This document shows positions 49,030 through 63,700 of a stretch of DNA of 64,000 nucleotides, piece after piece. The notes under the pieces were generated by a model. That model saw only the letters and a list, made by a program, of their open reading frames with translations. It ran no database searches and was not told where the DNA came from. The position numbers and the translations under genes are program-made. The stretch spans positions 23,064,001 to 23,128,000 of the forward strand of contig CM069138.1 of assembly GCA_035221665.1 (NCBI GenBank), written 5' to 3'. The stretch's first letter is position 1; each line of letters begins with the position of its first letter. This DNA is from Okamejei kenojei. Its lineage: Eukaryota.

Positions 49030-52000
49030 TAAAATATTTTTCTTCATTTTTTTCCAAATAACAAAAACAAAACATAAAAAACAGAGCAAAAAGAATAATG
49101 ATAAACATAACAATGATATTGATACACAGGGATCAGGATTACATTAATAACAGGTAAAACCTAATATGAGTTCAGTGTCAAAATTCACATTGAATATAGA
49201 CCTCCCGGTCTCTATGTAAATATAGTTAAATATTTTTACAAAAACGTATATATGTGGAAAAAACCCACAAAGATAAAAAGACAAAAAAAGAGGAAAAAAC
49301 CCACAAAGATAAAAAGACAAAAAATGAGGAAAAAAAGAAGAAACAACCCCCCCTAAAATAAAGAAAAAAAGAAAGGAAAAAAAAATTAAAAAGTTAAAAT
49401 TAAAAAAAACAAAGCAAAGCAAAACAGAATCTGAACTGTGAATTTCAACAATTTAAGTCTGTTGTCATCAAGTCCGTTACACCATATAGAGATAAAATAG
49501 TTTTTATAATGGTTAGAGAGGGAGCAATTTATGTTGTGTAAAAGTGTTGAATTAATTTTCCCCAAGTCTTATCAAATTTAACCAAGGGTTCAACAATGTC
49601 ACTCCTGATTTTTTCGAAATTTAAACATGATATTGTTTCAGAATATCACTGGAGTGTGGTTGAAGGGTTTGAGTCTTTCCATTTAAATAAAATATATCTT
49701 CTGGCGATTAGTGTGGTAAAAGCAATCAACTGATGGGTGGAGTGGGACAAATGAATAAAATCTAACATCAGTAGCCCAAAAATTGCAGTAATAGGATGAG
49801 GTTGTAAATCAATACCTAAGACTACAGAAATAGTATAAAAAATGTATTTTTCCAAAAGTGGGCAGGACCAAAACATATGGGTCAGAGAGGCCACTTCAGA
49901 GTTACATCTGTCACAGGTGGGATTTATATGACCATAGAAATGAGCCAAGTATCTATTGACATATGAACTCCGTGAACCACCTTGAATTGTATCAGAGCGT
50001 GTCTTGCACACATTGAAGAGGTATTGACTAATTGAAGAATCCTCTCCCATTTCTCTATATATAAAGAAATTTGGAGTTCTCTTTCCCAGTCATTCTTAAT
50101 TTTATCAAATATATCTATTTGTAATTTCAAAGTCAACTCATAAATAGTCTTTATTAATCCTTTCTGATAAGGGTTCAAATGTAAATGTTTTTCCAAAATG
50201 TTGGTTTGATGTGGTAGCGGAAAAAGGAGTAGAGTACCCTTCAAAAAATGTCTAACTTATATCTAAAAAAATGTGAATTAGGTAAATTATATTTATTGGA
50301 GAGTTGTTCGAAACACAAAAACAAATCACGATAAGCTACTAATCCCTTCCTCTTCCATAACAAAAGGACTTGATCAGTACTAGAAGGTTGGAAGAGAAAA
50401 TTGGATAAGATAGGACTCAATAAGATGAAATCATTTAGTCCAAAATACTTATGAAATTGAAACCATATTCGAAACGTGTGTCTTATTATTGGGTTAGTCA
50501 TATATTTATTCAATCTCATAATTGTAAAAGGTAACGAGGCCCCTAGAATAGAAGCCAATGATAGCCCTTGGAAGGACTGGGAGAAATTCAGAGTCCAGCA
50601 GAAGAGGACAAAGTGCTTAATGAGGAAAGGGAAAATAGATTATGAAAGAAAACTGGCAGGGAACATAAAAATGGACTGCAAAAGTTTTTATAGATATGTG
50701 AAGAGAAAAAGGTTAGTTAAAACAAATGTAGGTCCCTTGCAGTCAGAAACTGGTGAATTCATCATGGGGAAAAAGGATATGGCAGATCAATTGAATAACT
50801 GCTTTGGTTCTGTCTTCACTAAGGAAGATATAAATAATAGCAGGGGACCGGGGGTCAAATGTGATGGAGGAACTGAGTGAAATCCAGATTAGCCGAGAAG
50901 TGGGTGTAAGAATCTCAAAACTTCTAACATTCCAGAGTCAAGTAAAAAATAAATAATAAAACTAGCTGATTTATTTGCAAACACATGATCAGATGTAGAT
51001 CTGTCAATCAAGGGGTTCAGACAGCAGTTGAAATCTCCACCCATTATTAAAAAGTGTTCATTTAAATTAGGAAAGGATGCAATTAACTGTTTAAAAAAAT
51101 CAGGGTGATCAATATTTGGTGCATAAACATTCACCATAGCAACTTTTTGCTTATAAAGAACACCGGTAATCACGAAAAATCTGCCATATGGATCCGAAAT
51201 TGTTTCATCATGAACAAACGGAATTGAGGAGTCAATACAAATGGAGACTCTTTTCACCGTAGCCTGTGAATTTGAATGAAACTGCTGTCCTCTCCAAAAC
51301 TTGAAGGATCGTTGATTGTCATCTTGCCTTACATGAGTTTCTTGAACAAAGATAATCTGAGCAATTAGTCTGCAAAGAACTTTTTTTTAATTCCTCTTAA
51401 TAGAAACAGAAATTAGGTTCAGGAGTAGGCCATTCGGCCCTTCGAGCCTGCACCGCCATTTAATATGATCATGGCTGATCATCCAACTCAGTATCCCATA
51501 CCTGCCTTCTCTCCATACCCTCTGATCCCCTTAGCCACAGGGCCACATCTAACTCCCTCTTAAATATAGCCAATGAACTGGCCTCAACTGCCCTCTGTGG
51601 CAGAGAGTTCCAGAGACTCACCACTCTCTGTGTGAAAAAAGTCTTCCTCATCTCGGTTTTAAAGGATTTCCCCCTTATCCTTAAGCTGTGACCCCTTGTC
51701 CTGGACTTCCCCAACATCGGGAACAATCTTCCTGCATCTAGCCTGTCCAACCCCTTAAGAATTTTGTAAGTTTCTATAAGATCCCCTCTCAATCTCCTAA
51801 ATTCTAGAGAGTATAAACCGAGTCTCTCCAGTCTTTCTTCATAAGACAATCCTGACATCCCAGGAATCAGTCTGGTGAACCTTCTCTGCACTTCCTCTAT
51901 GGCAATAATGTCCTTCCTCAGATTTGGAGACCAAAACTGTACGCAATACTCCAGGTGTGATCTCACCAAGACCCTGTACAACTGTTGTAGAACCTCCCTG

Positions 52001-53469
52001 CTCCTATACTCAAATCCTTTTGCTATGAACGCTAACATACCATTCGCTTTTTTCACTGCCTGCTGCACCTGCATGCCAACTTTCAATGACTGGTACCATG
52101 ACACCCAGGTCTCGCTGCATCTCCCCTTTTCCTAATCAGCCACCATTTAGATAATAGTCTGCTTTCCTGTTTTTCCCACCAAAGTGGATAACCTCACATT
52201 TATCCACATTATACTGCATCTGCCAATCATTTGCCCACTCAACCAGCCTATCCAAGTCACCTTGCAATCTCCTTGCATCCTCCTCACAGCTAACACAGAC
52301 CCCAGCTTAGTGTCATCCGCAAACTTGGAGATATTGCCTTCAATTCCCTCATCCAGATCATTAATATATATTGTAAATAGCTGGGGTCCCAGCACTGAGC
52401 CCTGCGGTACCCCACTAGTCACTGCCTGCCATTGTGTAAAGGACCCGTTTACTCCTACTCTTTGCTTCCTGTTTGCCAGCAAGTTCTCTATCCACATCAA
52501 TACTGAACCCCTAATGCCGTATGCTTTAAGTTTGTATACTTATCTCTTATGTGGGACCTTGTCGAAAGCCTTCTGGAAGTCCAGATATACCACATCCACT
52601 GGTTCTCCCTTATCCACGCTACTAGTTACATTCTCGAAAAATGCCTGAAGATTTGTCAGACATGATTTACCTTTCATAAATCCATGCTGACTTTGTCCAA
52701 TGATTTCACCACTTTCCAAATGTGCTGCTATCCCATCTTTAATAACTGACTCTAGCAGTTTCCCCACTACCAATGTTAGACTAACTGGTCTGTAATTCCC
52801 CGTTTTCTCTCCTCCCTCCCTTCTTAAAAAGAGGGGTTATATTTGCTACCCGCCAATCCTCAGGAACTACTCCAGAATCTAAAGTGTTTTGAAAGATTAT
52901 CACTAATGCATCCACTATATCCTGAGCTACTTCCTTAAGTACTCTGGGATGCAGCCTATCTGGCCCTGGGGATTTATTGGCCTTAATCTATTCAATTTAC
53001 CCAACACCACTTCCCGACTAACCTGGATTTCACTCAAATCCTCCTTTGACCCGCTGTCCCCTGCTATTTCCGGCAGATGATTTATGTCTTCCTTAGTGAA
53101 GATGGACCCAAAGTAGTTATTCAATTCGTCCACCATATCCTTGTTCTCCATGATCAACTCACCTGTTTCTGACTGCAAGGGACCTACATTTGTTTTAACT
53201 ATTCTCTTTCTCTTCACATATCTATAAAAACTTTTGCAGTCAGTTTTTATGTTCCCTGCCAGTTTTCTTTCATAATTTATTTTTCCTTTCCTAATTAAGC
53301 CCTTTGTCCTCCTCTGCTGGTCTCTGAATTTCTCCCAGTCCTCTGGTATGCTGCTTTTTCTGGCTACTTTGTACGCATCTTTGTACGCATCTTTTCTGGC
53401 TACTTTGTACGTAATGGGATGGTTCAAGCAATTCACATTCCATGAAAGGAAGTTAATAACTATATCCAT
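49030..53469 (-). mobile_element. Fragmented L1-clade LINE (EN start at 53469, EN 50896-51400, C-terminus 49030-50560) hosting two CR1 inserts
   Basis: SWNVNCLNHPI, VNVYAPN, GGDFNC and CDRC..HMFWSC motifs. A short CR1 (+) piece lies at about 50560-50895. Confidence 0.8.
51402..53413 (-). mobile_element. 5'-truncated CR1 LINE inserted in the L1 endonuclease
   Basis: RT motifs [23 protein letters not shown] and KFADDTK; 3' UTR present; taat at both junctions; tandem reiteration at the 5' end (about 53357-53411). Confidence 0.92.
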
Positions 53470-55140
53470 ATCGCCAGAATAATGAGTATTTCAAATTACA
53501 AAACAAGAAACTTTTGAATTTGGTGATAAACCTCATAAACTCCTAGCACGCCAACTGAAAAAAAGGGACACAGAAAATACAATTACTAAAATTAAATCAG
53601 ACAAAGGGGAATTACTAACAATACCTAAAGATATTAATAAAAGATTTGCTCAATTTTATCAAAATTTATATACATCAAAAACTTCTGCAAATAATACTCA
53701 AATTGCAAATTTCTTAGATAAGTGTAATCTTCCAAAATTAAATATGGTGGAACGAAAGGCATTAGGAGCTCAGATTACACTACAGGAAATAGAAGAAACA
53801 ATTAGTTCATTGAAGAATGGCAAAACCCCAGGACCAGATGGCTTTAGTAATGAATTCTATAAAAGATTCTACGAAATAATTTCTCCATGGTTGCAAGATT
53901 TATATATATACATTTTTAAAGAAAATAAACTACCAGAAACACTAACTGAATCAACTATTACACGTATACCAAAAAAGGATAAAGATCTAGAAGACCCAGG
54001 CTCATATAGAGCTATTGCACTCCTAAATACAGACCAAAAAATATTAACGAAGACCCTAGCGAGAAGATTGAGTAAATATGTTAGTAAACTAATAAATCCG
54101 GACCAAACAGGGTTCATACCAAAGAGATACTCATTTAACAATTTGAGACGGTTGTCTAATATAATGTACTCACATAATACTGAAGAAGAACTAGCAATTA
54201 TTTCATTGGATGCAGAAAAATCTTTTGATCAAGTAGTATGGCAATATTTATTCAAAGTATTGGAAAAATTTAATATGGGAGATAATTTTATTTCATGGGT
54301 AAAACTACTATATGATAAGCCGATGGCTAGAATACTGACTAATAATATATTATCCCCAAAATTCTATTTAGCAAGGGGCAATAGGCAGGGGTGCGCGTTA
54401 TCGCCCCTGCTTTTTGCACTAGTGATAGAGCCTTTAGCTGAAAGTATAAGAAGCCATCCAAACATTCATGGGTATATTACCAAACACTCAAATAATAAAA
54501 TTTCATTATACGCAGATGACATATTATAAGAATATTGACTGGCCTTGAGGGGGATACGACATATATTGCCTGAACTAGATTCATATTGCCCGAGTCGAAG
54601 ACGAGGGCAATATGGATCTAGTGAGAGAGGACAGTCAATATTGTTATTATTATCCATATCCCCACACCGCACAAACAAAAAACGATCGTCTGCTCATTTT
54701 ACGTGTTAACCTATGGCAAATTGCACTCGTTCGCGGCGAAGGTTTCATCGCCGAGCTATTATTAGCGTCGTTTGCCAAGTTCCGGGATGTGAGACCAGGG
54801 GAATATAAGACTATATTTACCGCTGTTTTAACACGTAAAGTCCATAGGCGTTCGCAAGAAAGGGGAATACAAGAAAATATTCCCCTGTTAACCCTGCTGG
54901 CACTAAAAACGAAGGGAATACAATTTTGTAAAAGCATAGCTCAGATGTCTGATATGGATAATAATATTATATATTACAAATTCGCAAACTAGTATACCAA
55001 ATATACTAAATTTAATAGAAGAATTTGGTTCTTTTTCAGGATATAGAATAAATTGGAACAAAAGCGAAATTATGACGATAAAACCTCAAGAGTCGACACA
55101 TCTGTTGAAATTCCCTTTTAGAATTACAGCAGAAAAATTT
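53470..55140 (+). mobile_element. L1-clade RT fragment
   Basis: ORF 53744-54529: KTPGPDGF, SYRAIALLN, DQTGF, SLDAEKSFD, GNRQGCALSPLLF, LYADD. Resumes after an insert (FGSFSGYRINWNKS). Confidence 0.92.
54529..54966. mobile_element. Unclassified hairpin-rich insertion (about 440 bp) in the L1 RT
   Basis: Nested inverted repeats 54531-54541/54632-54642, 54574-54591/54605-54622 (17/18) and about 54646-54660/54951-54965; atattata at both junctions. Confidence 0.7.
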
Positions 55141-55189
55141 ACATTCTTTACATTCTATCATAAAGGCATCCTAATCACAGGCACCAGAG

Positions 55190-58100
55190 CAAGCTCATCC
55201 ACTCGTATCCTTAATCAATCTTGGCATTTGTAGTAGTACCGGTTTCCATATAATATTAAAGGCATCTGTCCTCAACTGGAGTTTAGCAGTTATACTTTCC
55301 ATCAAGTATACATTTTTCAGTCTTTCCCTCCACTGTTGAACATTTGGTGGCATTTCCTTTCTCCATAGCACTGTTATCATCTTTTTTGCAATCAACAGCA
55401 TCACCCCAACCAAATATTTCTGATTTTGAATATCTGTCATTGCTGGAGTATATCCCAATCAACATGTGTCTGCAAGTAGTGCTTCAAACAATGCGGGGAT
55501 AGAGGAAGTGATAACAATACCTAAATATCTAAAACCCTCCCAAGACCAATGGAACCTGACCTGATCATTTAGTTGCAAAGGCCACAGACCTGACAGCATC
55601 ATTGCTTCTGATTTTAGGTCATTTGATTTATATCCCGATATTACTCCATATTCCTTTAAAACTTGCATTAGGTGAGGCACTGAGGAAATAGGGTTACTCA
55701 CATAGATCATAACATCATCAGCAAATAGTGAAATATTTTTAACTATCATCTTTAATGCCCTCTATATAGCCCTCTTGCCTGATAGTTTCTGCGAGTGCCT
55801 CTAAATATGTTAAAAAGCAGAGGACTCAAACTGTCTCCCTGTCTAACACCCCGCTTCAATTAAAAAAACTCAGAGCAACATCCATTTACACTCACTCTTG
55901 AATTTGGATTTAAATATTATGTTTTCACCCAATTTATAAATATTTTATGGAACCCCATTTTATCTTGTGTGTATTCAAGATAGACCCAATCTACTCTGTC
56001 GAAAGCCTTTTGAGCATCTAAACATAATAACATTGATGTCTGCTGCTTCCTTTTTGCACATGCCATGATGTTCAAGACCCACCTAATATTATTAGCTCCC
56101 TGTCTACCCGGTATAAACCCTGTTTGATCAGGATATTTCAATTGTTTTATAATTGTTTGGGTTCTCTAAGTTAATGTAGCATTAAGTATCTTCTGGCCAT
56201 TGCATAAGAGAATTATCGGTCTGTAAACTTTGCATCCTGTGCAATTCTCCATTTCCTTATAAATAACAGAAATTATAGCCTCGGCCCATGATCTCGGTGG
56301 GTTACCTTCAGGCAAGGCATAGTTATAAACTCTAGCCAGCATTGGATCGAGTTTATAACTTGTTCTTAAAACATTTATAAAACTTTCCCGGAATCCCATC
56401 CATCCCCGGGGACTTGTTGTTTTTTAATGTTTTAATTGCTTCTTTTTTTTCCTGCTCTTCTATTTGTGTGGTCATATATCTCACTTCTTCTTGGGAGAGG
56501 CAGGGCATTTTTAAACCAGAAAAGAAAGTTTTGATCTTTTCATCTTTATCTATGGTTTCAGGAGAGTCATATAGTTGTTCATAGAAATATGCAAACGCTT
56601 CTGCGATTTCTCGTGGTTGTGAAACTAAATTTCAAGAAATCGGATGTAAGACTTTGGAAACCACTCGATTAGCTTGCTCCTTACGCAACTGAAATGTCAC
56701 AAGATGACTAGCCCTGTTTCCCCTCTCATGGTATTTTTGGTTTAAGAATCGAAGGGCTCCTTCCGCTTTGTATGTTAGAAGCTCTTCTAACATATCTTTT
56801 TTCTTTTAGTTCCTTGAAAAGATTCTTGTGTCTATTGTTATTTTTGTGTTCTGCTTCTAATACCTTTATTTTACTTTCCAGGGCAGATTGCTTCTTCTAC
56901 CCATTCTTCCTGACTCTACTCGAGTAACAAAGGCTAACTTTGAGGGAATGCATAAGGATTTTAAAGGAGTAAATTGGGGCACTTTGTTTCATGGGAAGGA
57001 TGTAGAAGAGAAATGGAGGACATTTAAAGGGGAAATTGTAAGAGTACAGAATCTTTATGTCCCTGTTAGGTTGAAAGGAAATAGTAAAAATTGGAAAGAG
57101 CCATGGTTTTCAAGGGAAATTGGACACTTGTTTCAAAAAAAGAGAGATATCTACAATAATTATAGGAGGCATGGAGTAAATGAGGTGCTAGAGGAGTATA
57201 AAGAATGTAAAAAGAATCTTAAGAAAGAAATTAGGAAGGCTAAAAGAGGATATGAGGTTGCTTTGGCAAGAAAGGTGCAAGTAAACCCAAAGGGTTTCTA
57301 CAGCTATATTAATAGCAAAAGGATAACAAGGGATAAAATTGGACCATTAGAGAACCAGAATGGACAGCTATCTGCAGAGCCAAAAGAGATGGGGGAGATA
57401 TTGAACAATTTCTTTTCTTCTGTATTCACCAAGGAGAAGGATATTGAACTCTGTGAGTTAAGGGGAAAAAGTAGAGTAGCTATGGAAACTATGAGATTCA
57501 AAGAGGAGGAAGTACTGACACTTTTGAAAAATATAAAAGTGGATAAGTCTCCAGGTCCTGACAGGATATTCCCTAGGACATTGAGGAAAGTTAGTGTAGA
57601 AATAGCAGGAGCTATGACAGAAATATTTCAAATGTCATTAGAAACGGGAATAGTGCCGGAGGATTGGCGTACTGCGCATGTTGTTCCATTGTTTAAAAAG
57701 GGTTCAAAGAATAAACCTAGCAATTATAGACCTATTAGTTTGACGTCAGTGGTGGGCAAATTAATGGAAAGGATACTTAGAGATAATATATATAAGCATC
57801 TGGATAAACAGGGTCTGATCAGGAACAGTCAACATGGATTTGTGCCTGGAAGGTCATGTTTGACAAACCTTCTTGAATTTTTTGAAGCGGTAACTAGGGA
57901 AATTGATGAGGGTAAAGCAGTGGATGGTGTCTATATGGATTTCAGTAAGGCCTTTGACAAGGTTCCCCATGGAAGGTTGGTTAAGAAGGTTCAATCTTTG
58001 GGTGTTAATGGCGGAGTAGCAAGATGGATTCAACAGTGGCTGAATGCAAGATGTCAGAGAGTAATGATGGATGGCTGTTTGTCAGGTTGGAAGCCGGTGA

Positions 58101-60005
58101 CCAGTGGGGTGCCTCAGGGATCTGTGTTGGGTCCACTGTTGTTTGTCATGTACATCAATGATCTGGATGATGGGGTAGAAAATTGGATAAGTAAGTATGC
58201 AGATGATACTAAGATAGGTGGTGTTGTGGATAATGAAGTAGATTTTCAAAGTCTACAGAGAGATTTGGGCCATTTGGAAAAGTGGGCTGAAAGATGGCAG
58301 ATGGAGTTTAATGTTGTTAAGTGTGAAGTGCTACATCTTGGCCGGACAAATCAAAATAGGAAGTACATGGTAAATGGTAGGGAATTGAGGAATGCTGTGG
58401 AACAGAGGGATCTAGGAATAACTGTGCATAGTTCCCTGAAGGTGGAATCGCATGTAGATAGGGTGGTAAAGAAAGCCTTTGGTGTGCTGGCCTTTATAAA
58501 TCAGAGCATTGAATGTAGGAGTAGGGAAGTAATGTTAAAATTGTACAAGGCATTGGTAAGACCAATTCTGGAGTATGGTGTACAATTTTGGTCGCCTTGT
58601 TATAGGAAGGATGTCAACAAAATAGAGAGAGTACAGAGGAGATTTACTAGAATGTTGCTAGGGTTCCAGCAACTATGTTGCAGAGAAAGGTTGAACAAGT
58701 TAGGTCTTTATTCTTTGGAGCACAGAAGGTTAAGGGGGGACTTGATTGAGGTCTTTAAAATGATGAAAGGGATAGTTGACGTGGATACGTTTTTCCCATT
58801 GAGGGTAGGGAAGATTCAAACAAGAGGGCATGATATGAGAATTAAGGGACAGAAGTTTCGGGGTAACAGAGGGGGAACTTCTTTACTCAGAGGGTGGTGG
58901 CTGTGTGGAATCAGCTTCCAGCAGAAGTGGTGGAGGCAGGATCGATTTTAAAATTTAAGAGTAAAGTGGATAGGTATATGGACATGAAGGGAATGGAGGG
59001 GTATGGTCTGAGTGCAGGTAGATGGGACTAGGGGAAAACAAATGGTCGGCACGGACGAAGGGCCGAGAGGGCCTGTTTCCGTGCTGTAATTGTTATATGG
59101 TTATATGGTTATATGGTTACTCGATATTTCGATCATTTTGCCCCTTATTACCGCTTTTGCACCATCCCAAAGAGTGGATGGTGTTACTTCACTATTGTCA
59201 TTGTGGTCAAAGTACTCTTTGATACAATTCCTAATTTCCTGGGTCACTACTTTATCGGTCAATAAAGAAATGTTTGCTCTCCAGTATTTAAAGCTCTTTT
59301 CTGTTCTTAGCTCCAGGGTGAGGATTATGGGCGCATGGTCACTAATTGTTATTGAGCCTATTTTACAATCTGCAATTTTATATGTATATTGTTTGAGAAC
59401 ACAAAACATATCTATACGTGAATAACTCCTGTGCACGTTTGAGAAGAAACTATAGTCCCTCCCCCTTGGGTTTTTATATCTCCATGAGTCTACTAATCCT
59501 AACACCCCGAGCACATTGTTTAATATTTTGTTTATTTTTTGTTTGGTTGTACTCGTCTGGTAATCTATGCAACCTCCCATCAAGAACCGCATTAAAATCT
59601 CCAAGTATTATCATACCTTTGGCATTTTCTGCAATTATATTTGCAACATCTCTAAAGAAAGAATATTCATCTTCCGTTGGTGCATAAATATTTATTTTCA
59701 ATACTACCATCCCACCTATTGTACCAATTACTGTTACCTATCTCCCCATTGTATCTTGGAGTACTTTTTCCACAGAGAAAACTAAATTTCTATTGAAAAA
59801 GATAGCCACTCCTCTTTTCACATAGGAGGCGTTAAATACCTCACCCACCCACTCTCTTCTAAGTTTTTTATGTTCAGTTTCCACCAAATGCAGTTACTGA
59901 ATCAAAGCAACTCCCCATCTTAAATTTTTGAGTTCACTCAGAATTTTTCTGCTCTTTATGGGGTGATTTAAACTGTGGACATTATAACTTACTATCTTTA
60001 AATTA
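55190..60005 (-). mobile_element. L1-clade LINE ORF2 (second subfamily), decayed and split by a CR1
   Basis: EN motifs (INIYAP, ILGDFN, YSRID, ISDH) at 59120-60005; RT motifs (DQTGFIPGR, LDAQKAFDRV, LFADD) at 55450-56900. Confidence 0.88.
56924..59117 (+). mobile_element. Young 5'-truncated CR1 LINE with a 2-kb open RT frame
   Basis: ORF 56888-58951 has all RT motifs including KYADDTK. (TTATATGG)n tail. 7-bp TSD tactcga (56917-56923 / 59118-59124). Confidence 0.95.
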
Positions 60006-60719
60006 GTCAATATCCCACATTGTGTAATCTACTAATTGCTTTCTATACCATTTTTGTTTCTTGCTCTGGTTAGCCTGTGAATATCCGCTATACTCAAAAT
60101 ACAATTTACTAAGCTGCGATGCAACAATAAAAAACATTTGCCAAACTAACAAATCAATAAACAATAAACAAATCAATAAATCAATACACAATAACACTTT
60201 ACACATAAAACAAAAAATATAAAAAGAAAAAAGGTACTTCCTACCTAACAAACCCATCTGGACACCCTGAACTAACTGGTATACCAGCTCCTCGTAGAAA
60301 GGCAAAGAGATGTGACCAAGTCTCTCCTGGGTAGCCCACTTATGTGTGGTTGCAACTACAGTAAGGTTGCTCTAAATCCCACTTTGGGACTTTTGAATTG
60401 CAATTATAAACAAAAACAAATGGCACGTATCCCCCCCCCCCACCCAAGAGAGCCCCCCTCAGACCCTCTCTTAAATAGTACTTTTAAATCAAATAAAAAT
60501 GTATTACAAAATCAGCCGTATATGTGCTGTAGAACGTGGCATAATTACCCTTCTTCAAAACATGACCGCAAAGTATATTTACGTGCTATTTGCATATTAT
60601 TAATCTAACCATATACTATTGTATGTTCATTTAAATATTATTTGTCCACTTCATTGTCTCAATGGTCTTTTGCAGACATTTTACTGTTTAACCATAGGAT
60701 CCATGTTTCTGTAGATATT

Positions 60720-63700
60720 TCAAACATGTATATAGTCCATCTCCTGTGATACCCAAAATGGTGTTAAGATCTTCCTCTGACAGAGTTGCCAATCCTTTCT
60801 GGATTGACGTAGGTGCATAACTACACATAGTCGCAGGTTAATAGGGTATGCTCTAAAGCTCATTTTGGTCCCGGATGTCCCTGGCCTGCTTTGTTTGATT
60901 AGATCACATACATAAAACATAATATTATTTACAGAAGAATGCATGCTGTCCAGTCGTAGCTTTTGCAATGTCTGGACCCCTTGCGCAGAAACAAGCACCA
61001 TGAGCATGACCACTTTAAGTGTTAGTTTTTGGAAAGACAGAGATGTAATTGGAGCCCATTGCCGAAGCAGTGTGAGAACTATGCTCACATCCCAGATTTC
61101 CGTATATCTAGGTCTAGGAGGGTTCTTGATAAAAATACCTTTCATGAATCGGGACACCAATGGATGTCCGACAGAATGGTGCCCCAACCCCTGCCATAAA
61201 TAGGAGGACAAAGCACTCCTAGCACTATTAATGGCACTATAACTCAATTGCTTGTCAAAGTGTAATGTAGCAAGGAACTCCAATACATCACATATGCCGG
61301 CAGTATGATAAGATATATTTGACTGTAAGCAGTACATCTCCCATTTTTTAATATGAGATACGTATTGTTTTTTAGTACTATCCCTCCAGGCCGCAGCAAT
61401 CACATCCATGGTCCAACTCGATAGTCCGAGCCCCTGGAACGGTCTCGTCAGAATCTACAAATCAACAAATTAATACGATCATGTAACGGGTGACTCTCTC
61501 CTGTCACAGGGTATACCAACAAGTTGCTGCATTTGGGGATAACCATGAATGGCTGTGTCATCAGTCTCAGAACCAATGGGAACCATGACTGTGTGGGCCA
61601 GTCGGGGACTACTAAAAGGCCTGAAGCGGAGTCCTGCTCAATTTTGGTGAGACGTTGACTGATAAGGCAGAATGGGGGAAAAGCGTAAAAGAACATACCT
61701 CCCCAATGTAGCGAGAATGCATCCACCGCTACTGCCCTGGATCCGGTTTAGGTAACTGGTGATTTAGCCTGGAAGCAAACAGATCTATGTCTGGCAATCT
61801 ATACTGGGTGACAACCTTTTTAAAAACTTTTGGATTCAGCATCCATTCTGTGTTGTCATTAAATTTACGTGACCTGGTGTCTGCCACCAAGTTATCTCTA
61901 CCTGGTAGGTAGATTGCTGAGACCCAGATGTTCCTAGTAATACACCAGTGCCAGATGAGGTTAGCCAGACTATCACATGATAATGACTTAATTCCACCCA
62001 TGTGATTAATATATGTAACTGTTGTGGTATTGTCAATCTGGAGCTGAACATGTAAATCATGCATTGTTGAACAGTACACTTTTAGGCCATAGAATGCCCC
62101 CAACAATTCTAAATAGTTTATCCCATGCGTCTGTAGGAGTAATGTCTTGCATATTTCATCTGCCGCTGCAGAATTGGTATCAGTGGCTCCCCATCCCGAA
62201 GCACTCCCATCAGTTTGCAAAACAACTGAAGGTTGTTTACTCAGAATGTTACTAGAACAACGTGAGACATTTGTTATCCACCATTGCAACACAGTGATAG
62301 CTTAGACTGGCAACTGCATCGGTCTATCGAAATGACCTGCATGATTTTTGAGTGCCTGTTCCTTAGCTTGTTGCACATTCTGATAGTGTAGAAGCCCAAA
62401 TTGCACTCCAGGTACGGCTGTGACTAATTTGCCAATAACACTAGCCACTCATCGGATGGAGTGTTGCTGTTCATCTACCAGATTGCTGCAAGCCTCCATA
62501 ATTTCTAAACTTTTGGCTGTAGGCAGAGTCACTGACATGTTAGTTGAATCAATGGTGAACCCCAAATAGTCAATGATTCTAAATGGCATCAATTTGGATT
62601 TAGTTGGATGGATGAGGAGCCCCAACCTCTCGAACATAGGTTTGGTAACTGACACAGAAAATGCAGCTGTCTCCTGAGTGTTGCCTACGATCAGAACATC
62701 ATCCAAGTATGCCATCACAATGTGATTCTGAGCCCAGAATAGTCCCAATACTGGTTTCAACAATTTTGTAAATAACCTAGGTGCTGCGGTTAACCCATTA
62801 GGCAAAGTTTGAAACTGCGACAGCTTTCTCATCCAACTAAATTTCAAGTATCTACGGTATTTGTAATGAATTGGTACTGAATAATATGCATCTTTCAGAT
62901 CTATACTTGCCATATAACATCCTTTGGAAACCAATTGCTTGGCAGTACTAAAAGTTTCCATTTTTTAAATGTTAGTACTGGACATAGGAGTTCAGTCAGG
63001 TTAGGTCTAGAATGACACAACATCCACCATCCTTCTTTTGCTTGGGGAATATATTAGGCACAAACTGCTGAGGCTGATGAGCCATTCTTTCAATTACCCC
63101 TTTTTTGAATAATGTTTCAATTTCATCATTTACCTGTAAAGTTTCTTGTTTTGAAAACACCAATTACCAACTTGGTGTATGTTGTGAGGGTGGATGTAAT
63201 TCAAAAATAAACTCAATTCGAAACCCCTGAATACTGTCCAGTATAAACAGATCTGATGTTATGCAGCACCATTCATTGTAGAAGAATTGCAATCTATCCC
63301 CTACTGGTGACTGGTCTCCAGAGGACATGTCCTTGGCAAGTCCAGCTGCTCGTACCTCCATGGTTGCTGGATTCTTTTGCCTCCTAATTTTGTTGGGAAT
63401 GTGCACTGGTGCACGCCAATGGCATAGTGATGGGAGAGCCCGGCTTGGTCCTTGCCCCGCACCAGTGTCTGTGACCCATCTGAAGGGGTATGGTGGATAA
63501 GGTGGCATCCTGCATGTCATATGTGCATTGATAAGGCTTATCATCTTCACCTCGTCATCTAAGTCCTTGACTTGATTTGCCAGATCTTCATCAAACAACA
63601 AGTTTGCTGGCTGTATGTTAGAGGATCTGCACAGTGCTGCAAATTTCGGATTTAAAGTTGGCTTCATGGCGTTTTTCCTCAGGCAGTTGATCTCAAAATG

